64,000 nucleotides of DNA from Anaeramoeba ignava BMAN (lineage: Eukaryota > Protista > Anaeramoebae): NCBI GenBank assembly GCA_028826165.1, contig JAPDFW010000064.1, positions 248,001 through 312,000 on the forward strand, given 5' to 3'. Made by a program: the position numbers and the translations under genes. This document shows positions 52,272-61,804 of this stretch, one piece after another (the stretch's first letter is position 1; each line of letters begins with the position of its first letter). The notes beneath the pieces are model-generated. The model made no database searches and was not told the DNA's origin. It was given only the letters and a program-made list of their open reading frames with translations.

Positions 52272-54053
52272 TTAATTATTAAATTTGTTAATTAATAAAT
52301 CAAATAAATTTGGATTTGTTTGATTTAATTGAAAATAATCAATTCCAATTTGAATTTCATTAATTATTTCTTGTGTAATTTGAATTTCATCTTTAATTTG
52401 ATTTGAATAAATCCAATATTCAAATATTTGAAATGATTTATTACTTAATTCACTATAATCTGTAACTTTATTAGAAGTATCATTTGTTACAGATAAAAAC
52501 ATTCCTCGATATAATTCACTTCTCATTATTAATATTAATTTAGGAAATTTATATTTCTTTTCTTTTCTTTCAATTATAAAATCTTTTTCATTTTCATTTT
52601 CATTTTCATTTAAATAAATTCTTTTCATTGTTTCTTCTATTTTTTCATTTGAATTTATAATTTCTTTAATTTCAGAATATAATTTTGGATTTATTTTGGA
52701 ATTGTTTGAATAAATCATTTCAAATATTTGATTTGATTCTTTAATTGATTTAGTTGAAATAATTTCTTGAAGTTTTTCAATTTGATTTTGATTTTGATTT
52801 AATCTATATTTCAATATTAATTTATGAGCTGAAATTATTTCTCCATTTTCTGTTTTAAATGAAATATTGCAAAATTCTTTTCTTCTAAATAATTTTATCA
52901 AATCTTCTTCAAGATTGGAAAAAGAAGGAGAATAATAAAGAAATGATTTATCAAATCCACAAGAAATATGATAATTAGAAATATTTTCATTAAATCTTAA
53001 TTTAGGAAGTTCAATTTGAATTGGAATTGATTGATTATTTATATCTCCAGTTCCTAATTGACCACAATCATTTCCTCCAAATCCTATTAATTTTGAATTG
53101 GATGTTAAAATCAAAGTATGATAACCTCCACAAGAAAAATCAAGAATATTATCATTTTCATTTTCAAATAAAGATGATTTGATTTCAGTAAATTCATAAC
53201 TATGTTCATTTTTGTCAACTCCATTATATTGATAATTTCCACATGAATAAAGTTTTCTTTTTGGATTTTCATTTTCATCTTCAATCAACATTATTGAGTA
53301 AATACTTCCACATTGAATATCAATTATTTTGCCTTTTGGAATATTTTGGATTTTGGTTAATTTATAGATTGTTTCTCTTCTTCGTGATTCTCCTAATCCA
53401 AGTTGACCATAATAATTATATCCACATGTAAATAATTCTTGATTTGAATTTAAAAGAAAAACATATTCTGAATTATTTCCTGAAAATATTTTAGAAACAT
53501 TTTTCATCATTAAAATTGGTTTTTCTGTTTTTTTAAGTTTTTCAGAATCAAAACTATTTTCAGCATAATAATTTGAACCAATTCCATAAGCATTTTGATT
53601 TGAAGTTAATAAGTAAACTGAACTATCTCCAGAAACAATATCTTGAATTACTCTATCATTTGTATCTTCAATTAATGATGAAATATTGATAAATTCATTT
53701 GGGTTATCGAGATTGATATCTTCTCCTTTGGCAAATAAATTTCCTTCTATTGTTAAAATAGCTTCATTTGAATAACCAACAGTTACTTTTTGAATATTTT
53801 CAATTTGGATTTTTTCAGGATTTTGATTTGAATCATTTTCACTTAAATATTCTATTGCTTTTCCATTTTCAAAAAGGAAAATTGTTGAAAAATTTCCTGT
53901 TGAAATTTGTTTAATTTGATTTTCATTTTTATTTTCATTTTCATTTTCATTTTCATTTTCAAATTTAAATTGAATTGGTTTTTTTATTTTTTTTGGTTTA
54001 TTTTTGATAAGTTTTGGATCATAATTTTGACCAAAAAATAAAATTTCATTCAT
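52272..54053 (-). CDS. RCC1-repeat + tandem BTB protein, copy D
   Basis: 593-aa intronless paralog. Confidence 0.9.
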   Translation of the reverse strand: MNEILFFGQNYDPKLIKNKPKKIKKPIQFKFENENENENENKNENQIKQISTGNFSTIFLFENGKAIEYLSENDSNQNPEKIQIENIQKVTVGYSNEAILTIEGNLFAKGEDINLDNPNEFINISSLIEDTNDRVIQDIVSGDSSVYLLTSNQNAYGIGSNYYAENSFDSEKLKKTEKPILMMKNVSKIFSGNNSEYVFLLNSNQELFTCGYNYYGQLGLGESRRRETIYKLTKIQNIPKGKIIDIQCGSIYSIMLIEDENENPKRKLYSCGNYQYNGVDKNEHSYEFTEIKSSLFENENDNILDFSCGGYHTLILTSNSKLIGFGGNDCGQLGTGDINNQSIPIQIELPKLRFNENISNYHISCGFDKSFLYYSPSFSNLEEDLIKLFRRKEFCNISFKTENGEIISAHKLILKYRLNQNQNQIEKLQEIISTKSIKESNQIFEMIYSNNSKINPKLYSEIKEIINSNEKIEETMKRIYLNENENENEKDFIIERKEKKYKFPKLILIMRSELYRGMFLSVTNDTSNKVTDYSELSNKSFQIFEYWIYSNQIKDEIQITQEIINEIQIGIDYFQLNQTNPNLFDLLINKFNN

Positions 54054-54188
54054 TTTTGAAAATGAAAAAAATGAAAAAATAATTTTTAATTTTAATTTTA
54101 ATTTTAATTTTAATTTTAATTTTAATTTTAATTTTAAATTTTAATTTTGATTATAATTTTAATTTTAATTTTAATTTTAGTTTTGATT

Positions 54189-55940
54189 TTAATTATTAAA
54201 TTTCATAATTAATAAATCAAATAAATTTGGATTTGTTTGATTTAATTGAAAATAATCAATTCCAATTTGAATTTCATCAATAATTTCTTGTGTAATTTGA
54301 ATTCCATTTTTAATTTGATTTGAATAAATCCAATATTCAAATATTTGAAATGATTTATTACTTAATTCACTATAATCTGTAACTTTATTTGATTTATCTT
54401 CAGTTACAGATAAAAACATTCCTCGATATAATTCACTTCTCATTATTAATATTAATTTAGGAAATTTATATTGTTTTTCTTTTCTTTCAATTATAAAATC
54501 TTTTTCATTTTCATTTAAATAAATTCTTTTCATTGTTTCTTCAATTTTTTCATTTGAATTTATAATTTCTTTAATTTCAGAATATAATTTTGGATTTATT
54601 ATTCTGTTTGAATAAATCATTTCAAATATTTGATTTGATTCTTTAATTGATTTTTTTGAAATAATTTCTTGAAGTTTTTCAATTTCATTTTGATTTTGAT
54701 TTAATCTATATTTCAATATTAATTTATGAGCTTCAATTATTTCTCCATTTTCTGTTTTAAATGAAATATCACAAAATTCTTTTCTTCCAAATAATTTTAT
54801 CAAATCTTCTTCAAGATTGGAAAAAGAAGGAGAATAATAAAGAAATGAATTGCCATTACCACAAGAAATATGATAATTGGAAATATTTTCATTAAATCTT
54901 AATTTAGGAAGTTCAATTTGAATAGGAATTGATTGATTATTTATATCTCCAGTTCCTAATTGACCACAATCATTTCCTCCAAATCCTATTAATTTTGAAT
55001 TAGAAGTTAAAATCAAAGTATGGTAATATCCACAAGAAAAATCAAGAATATTATCATCATTTTCAAATAAAGATGATTTGATTTCAGTAAATTCATAACT
55101 ATGTTCATCTTTGTCAACTCCATTATATTGATAATTTCCACATGAATAAAGTTTTCTTTTTGGATTTTGATTTTCATCTTCAATCAACATTATTGAATGA
55201 AAATATCCACATTGAATATCAATTATTTTACCTTTTGGAATATTTTGGATTTTGGTTAATTTTTGGATTTCTTCTTCTTCTTTTCTTGATTCTCCTAATC
55301 CAAGTTGACTATATGCATTATCACCGCATCCAAATAATTCTTGATTTGAATTTAAAAGAAAAACATATTCTGAATTATTTCCTGAAAATATTTTAGAAAC
55401 ATTTTTCATCATTAAAATTGGTTTTGTTTCTTTAAGTTTTTCAGAATCAAAACTATTTTCAGCATAATAATTTGAACCAATTCCATAAGCATTTTGATTT
55501 GAAGTTAATAAGTAAACTGAACTATCTCCAGAAACAATATCTTGAATTACTCTATCATTTTTATCTTCAATTAATGATGAAATATTGATAAATTCATTTG
55601 GGTTATCGAGATTGATATCTTCTCCTTTGGCAAATAAATTTCCTTCTTTTGTTAAAATAGCTTCATTCCAGTTTCCAACAGTTACTTTTTGAATATTTTC
55701 AATTTGGATTTTATGAGGATTTTGATTTGAATCATCTCTATTTAAGTATTCTATTGCTTTTCCATTTTCAAAAAGGAAAATTGTTGAAAAATTTCCTGAT
55801 GAAATTTGTTTAATTTGTTTTTCATTTTGATTTTTATTTTCATTTTCAAATTTAAATTGAATTGGTTTTTTTATTTTATCTGGTTTATTTTTGATAAGTT
55901 TTGGATCTTGGTTTTGACCAAAAAATAAAATTTCATTCAT
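54189..55940 (-). CDS. RCC1-repeat + tandem BTB protein, copy E
   Basis: 583-aa intronless paralog. Confidence 0.9.
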   Translation of the reverse strand: MNEILFFGQNQDPKLIKNKPDKIKKPIQFKFENENKNQNEKQIKQISSGNFSTIFLFENGKAIEYLNRDDSNQNPHKIQIENIQKVTVGNWNEAILTKEGNLFAKGEDINLDNPNEFINISSLIEDKNDRVIQDIVSGDSSVYLLTSNQNAYGIGSNYYAENSFDSEKLKETKPILMMKNVSKIFSGNNSEYVFLLNSNQELFGCGDNAYSQLGLGESRKEEEEIQKLTKIQNIPKGKIIDIQCGYFHSIMLIEDENQNPKRKLYSCGNYQYNGVDKDEHSYEFTEIKSSLFENDDNILDFSCGYYHTLILTSNSKLIGFGGNDCGQLGTGDINNQSIPIQIELPKLRFNENISNYHISCGNGNSFLYYSPSFSNLEEDLIKLFGRKEFCDISFKTENGEIIEAHKLILKYRLNQNQNEIEKLQEIISKKSIKESNQIFEMIYSNRIINPKLYSEIKEIINSNEKIEETMKRIYLNENEKDFIIERKEKQYKFPKLILIMRSELYRGMFLSVTEDKSNKVTDYSELSNKSFQIFEYWIYSNQIKNGIQITQEIIDEIQIGIDYFQLNQTNPNLFDLLIMKFNN

Positions 55941-56037
55941 TTTTGGAAATGAAAAAAATGAAAAAATGAAAATTTTGTTTTTTAATTTTGTTTTTTAATT
56001 TTAATTTTAATTTTAATTTTAATTTTAATTTTAATTT

Positions 56038-58743
56038 TTAAATGAAAAGATTTGTAAATTGAAACTTAATTCCATCAAATAAACCAAAATCACTAATTTT
56101 TAGTTTAGGGATCACAGTCAAAGCCATAAAAGAAAGAGTCATAAAAGGAGCCTTTAATTTTGAATGAGCTTCTTGAGCAATTTTATCAATTTTTGAATAT
56201 TTTTGAGCAACAAGATAACCATCATCAGCAGATAACAAGCCAGCAATTTCCAGCGGCAAAACCTCATTAACAACTTGGTTCTGGGTTGAAATAAAACTGA
56301 TAGAAATTCCGCCTTTAAATTTGACAATTTGATTAACTGCATTCATCATTAATTGCTCAGAAGTACCAATAACAATAACATTATGAGAATCATGAGAAAC
56401 AGAACTTGCAATTGCACAATTTTTCAGACCGAAATTCTGTATCAATCCCAGTGCTGGCTTTGGTTTTTCGGATGAATACCGAGAAATTACTGCAATTTTA
56501 AGACAATCAATTTCTTGATTTGCAAGAAGATTTCCTTTTGAATCAATTTCAAACATTTTTTTCTCAATTTCAGTTTCTTCTGTAAAAAGCTCTCCATCCA
56601 TCACTTTGATCACACGCAGTTTTGTGCAATTCTCTGGTGGCTTGATGTAGAAATCTTCCTCATTGCATTCCTTTAATTCAAAATTATTTGGTTTTTCAAT
56701 ATTTTCCAAATGTGGAATAAGTGAATTTTTTCCATCAAAAACAGTTTTTCCTTTAATAATTGTCTGAAGGACTTTATAATTTTGATCCATCACAACAATA
56801 TCTGCCGAATCACCAACACTGAGCAGACCGTTATCGAGTTTGTAGTGGTTTTTGGGGTTAAGTGTTGATGCTCGAACAACCGAAATGAAATCATGTTTAT
56901 AATCAGCAACAATCCGTTGGATTAATTGATCTATATGTCCATCTACTAAGTCATTAGGATGTCTATCGTCGGAACACAACATTATCATTTCTGGGTGTGT
57001 TTTAAATAAAGAATGAAGTGCATTCAGATTTTTTGCTGCTGAGCCTTCCCGAATTAGTACTTTCATTCCAATATTAATTTTTTCTTCAGCTTCTTCAATT
57101 GTCATACATTCGTGATCTGTTGTAATTCCTGCTGAGAAATATTTTTTTAGATCTTCTCCTCTAACAGCTGGTGCGTGACCATCGATAATTACTAATTTTA
57201 ATTTTATAAATGAATTTTAATTTTAATTTTAATTTTAATTTTAATTTTAATTTTAATTTTAATTTAAATTTTAATTTTAATTTTAATTTTAATTTTAATT
57301 TTAATTTGAATTTTAATTTTAAATTTAATTTTAATTTTATAAATGAATTTTAATTTTAATTTTAATTTTAATTTTATATTTAATTTGAATTTGAATTTTA
57401 ATTTTAATTTTATAAATGAATTTTAATTTTAAATTTTAATTTTATAAATGAATTTTAATTTTAATTTTAATTTTAATTTTATAAATGAATTTTAATTTTA
57501 ATTTTATAAATGAATTTTAATTATAATTATAATTTTAATTTTAATTTTAATTTTAATTTTTTAATTTGAATTTTATAAATGAATTTTAATTTTAATTATG
57601 ATTTTAATTTTAATTATAATTTTAATTATAATTTTAATTTTAATTTTAATTTGATTTAAATTTTAATTTTAATTATAATTTTAATTATAATTTTAATTTT
57701 GATTTTAATTTTAATTTTAATTTTGGATTTTAATTTTAATTTGAATTTTATAAATGAATTTTAATTTTAATTTTAATTTTAATTTTAATTTTAATTTTAA
57801 TTTTAATTTTAATTATAATTTTAATTATAATTTTAAATTTAATTTTAATTTTAATTTTAATTTTAATTTTGATTTTAATTTTGATTTTAATTTAAAATTA
57901 AATTTGATTTTAATTTTATAAATGAATTTTAATTTTAATTTTAATTTTAATTTTAATTTTAATTTTAATTTTAATTTTAATTTTAATTTTGATTTTAATT
58001 TTAATTTTGATTTTAATTTTGATTTTAATTTTGAATTTTAATTTAAAATTGAATTTGATTTTTACATCCATATTTCTTAACTAAATCAATTTTTTCCATA
58101 ACAGATGAATCTCGATTTATAACACCAGGAAAATTCATCATTTCAGACTAAAATATAAAAGAAAATTCAAATATTATATAATAAATTAAACACTCAATAA
58201 ATTATAAAACAAAAGGAAAATCAATTACAAAATAAGTTAAACCAAATTTTTTGATAATTTCTTCAATTTCTTTAACACCAAAATTTGCACCAGAAGTTTC
58301 AAAAGGAGTTGCAGGAACACAAGAAGGAATTCCAAAACAAAAATAAAAAGGAACTAATTTAGAATTATCAATCATAAATTTAACACCATCAACACCAAGA
58401 ACATTTGCTAAAAATTAAATTGAAAAATTAAATTAAAAAAATTAAATTAAATAAATTAAATTAAAAAAATTAAATTTTGTTTTTTTTTGCTTTTACCAAT
58501 TTCATGTGGATCAGAAACGGTTCCAATAACTCCATGACAAACAGCAAGACGAGCAAATTCTGATGGTGGTAACATGCTTGATTCAATATGAATATGAGCA
58601 TCAATTAAACCAGGTAAAATATAGTTTTCATATTTTTCATTATTTTTCGTTATTGATTTAATTTTTCCATCAGAAATTTCAATTATTCCTGGAAAAATTG
58701 TACCAGAAATAACATCAACAATATTACCAGAAATTTTTTGCAT
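56038..58743 (-). CDS. ade: Prokaryote-type adenine deaminase (AdeC/Ade), 4 exons
   Basis: [85 protein letters not shown]. Confidence 0.95.
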
Positions 58744-58894
58744 AATGAAAAGCAAAAAAAAAATGAAAAGAAAAAAATGAAAAAATTTTGAATATTTTTT
58801 TTTTTTTGATTTTTATTACTCTTGTTAATTTGTTAAAATTAAGATTAGAAATAATAATAATAGAAATAATAATAATAATAATAATAAATTTTGA

Positions 58895-61389
58895 TTAAAA
58901 AACTTCCAAAAATTCAAATAATTTATCAAAAATTCTCATATTCTTATCATTTAAAATTATTGACAAATATCGATTAAGTTTTGCTTTTCTTTGAGTAACA
59001 ACATCATAACTTAAAGAACTTCTTAATGTTTTTGAAGGGAATGATAATTTTGGACGATTTGGGAAATTTTTGCAAATCTATTTTAATTTGAATTTTAATT
59101 TTAATTTAATTTTAATTTTAATTTGAATTTTAATTTGAATTTTAATATTGAATTTGAATTTTAATTTTGAATTTGAATTTGAATTTGAATTTTAATTTTA
59201 ATTTTAATTTTAATTTTAATTTTAATTTTAATTTTAATTTTGAATTTGAATTTGAATTTTAATTTTAATTTTAATATTGAATTTGAATTTTAATATTGAA
59301 TTTGAATTTTAATATTGAATTTGAATTTGAATTTGAATTTTAATTTTAATATTGAATTTTAATTTGAATTTTAATTTTAATTTTAATTTGAATTTTAATT
59401 TTAATTTGAATTTTAATTTTAATTTTAATTTAAATTTTAATATTGAATTTTAAATTTTGAATTTTAATATTGAATTTGAATTTTAATTTTAATATTGAAT
59501 TTTAAATTTGTACAACTGAATGTAATTGCCTGAATTCTGAATATCTTCGAAAAACTTTCCATTCATGATATCCTGTTGAAACATCAATTTCATATTGAAT
59601 ATATTTTTTATTTTTCTTATTTTCTTTTTCCATAACAAAACCACTTATAACAGCATTTAATTTGCCACCTTTTTTAATCTTTTATATTTATATTTATATT
59701 TATATTTATATTTTTATATTTAGATATTTATATTTATAATTTTAATTTTTACTTCTTCAGTTTCTTGTGATTCCTTAATTTTACTTTGTTGAATTTGATC
59801 CACAATTTCTTGAAATTTGGAAACTAAAGATTCAAGAGCTTTTGTTTCAGGATTATTTTCTCCCAAAAATTTTGTTAATTTCTTAATATTTTTTTAGGTT
59901 TAAAAAGAAACGAATCTATATAAAAAATTTTTTTTCATTTTTAAAAAATATAAAGGAATATTTACAAAAAAATCTTCTAAATAAGAAGCAGCTCTTGAAA
60001 CAGGAAGATATAATAAACTTTTTAAATCTCTTCCTGATAAATCAGCTTCAGATTCAATTTTCTATTCATAAAAAATTTGTATTAAATTAAATTGAAAAGA
60101 GAAAAAAAAAATATAAATATATATTTTTTACTTCTAAAAATTCTTTAAATTGAACATAATTATTTATTGTTCTTTTAACACTTTTTTTAGCACTTTCATA
60201 ATTTGAGATATAAATGATATATTTATAAAATTCTTGTTCCTAAAAATTGAAATTTGAAAGAAATGAATTTTTGTTTTTGTTTTTGTTTTGTTTTTGTTTT
60301 ACAAAATTTGAAAATATCTTGATAATTGAAAATTCCTCTTGTGATTCCAATTCTTGATCCATTCGAACAACAATTCTTGAATTTAAATTGATAATTTCTT
60401 CAATATTATGGAAAATATTTTCAATAAATTTTTCACTTGAATATTGATCATCATCTCTTAATGGTTCAAGAAATCTATTTCTTAAAATTTTCAAATCTTC
60501 AAAATACTTCTTTTCTTTTTCGATGATAGTATTTCCCACTTCATTTCTTTGTGTTTTGAAAGGGTCGTCATTAGCAGAATAAGTATTTTGCTCAACTAGA
60601 ATTAATGTAAATATTTTAAATTAAATTTAAATTTAAATTTAAATTTTTTTAATTTTTGTTTTTGCTTTTTTTACTTGTTGAATGCTTTGTTTCGGAATTT
60701 AAGGAAATGAATGTATTATTTACTGAGAATTTTTCTTTTGAATTTTCCAGTTTTTCTTCAGTTAATTTGTCTTGAATTATGATATTGATTATAACTAAAT
60801 CATTTTCATCCAATTTTGAAAATAGAAAAGTTGTGTTTGGAGCAAAAAGAGTTAAATTGCCAATTTCATTCATTTGGAAATTGGTTGAATCTTGGTTTGA
60901 ATCTTGGTTTGTGTTTTCATTTTGATTTTGAATAAAAGCAAAAATTGGGGAAAATTTTAATTTCCCAGATTTAATAAAAATCAAGTGATAATTTTCTTTT
61001 GTTTCAAAAGTTATTTCTTTTTCGTTAATTTTTAATTGCGTTAAATAATTGTTAGTTTCATAAGTAAAAAACTCATCAAAAAAAGCAGTGTCATTGTCGA
61101 AGAAATAAGGTTTTGCGTAAATGTCTTTTTTAGGAACGTTTCTTAATGGAATGGATAAAATACAAGTTTCGTTATCGTCGTTGCTTTCAATGTCAAAACC
61201 ATATTTAGATGGAATGTAAATAAGATCTCCTTTCACACAATTTTGAGAAGAAATATTGTCAATGTCAAAAGAGACATTTGCATTTCCTTTGTGAAATAAT
61301 AATAAATGAGGTTGCGGTAAAGGATCAAAAGTTTTTTTTTGTTTTGTTGTGAGAGTTGAAAAAGCAAAAATTGAATTCAAAACGTCCAT
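58895..61389 (-). CDS. RhoGEF(DH)-like + PX domain protein with N-terminal cupin-like region, 7 exons
   Basis: DH-like: IIEKEKKYFEDL..IFHNIEEI..DLKSLLYLPVSR. PX: YEIDV..WKVFRRYSEFRQLH..FPSK..QRKAKLNRYL. Six GT-AG introns in phase. Confidence 0.82.
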
Positions 61390-61804
61390 TTTTTTTAATT
61401 TTTTAATAATTTAATTTTTTGTTTGTTTGATTTTTGAAAATAAAGAAGAAAAGGGAATTAAGTTTTTTTTGTTGTTTTAGTTAAAATAAAAAAAAAGCAA
61501 ATAAAAAATAAAAAATAAAAAAATAAAAAATATAAAGGAAAAAAATGGAAAATGAAAAATTAAAAAAGAAAAAATTTTTTTTGTTTTTTAAATAATTAGT
61601 AATTTAAATTTAAAAATTATTCATCTATTTTTTTTTATTTTATTTTTCTTAATCAAATTTTTTTTTTCATTTTTTTCATTTTTTTCTTTTTCCATTTTTT
61701 TTCTTTTAACAAAATACATTGAATTTTAAGCAAGTTGGAAAAATTTCAAACAAAAACAAATAACAAAAAACAAAAAACAAATAACAAAAACAAATAAAAT
61801 TGCA

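Noticed and set aside
50369-55940. Diversity-generating retroelement as the source of RCC1 variability
   Set aside because: No reverse transcriptase or template/variable repeat pair in the window, and variation is spread across blades rather than in one adenine-mutated region.
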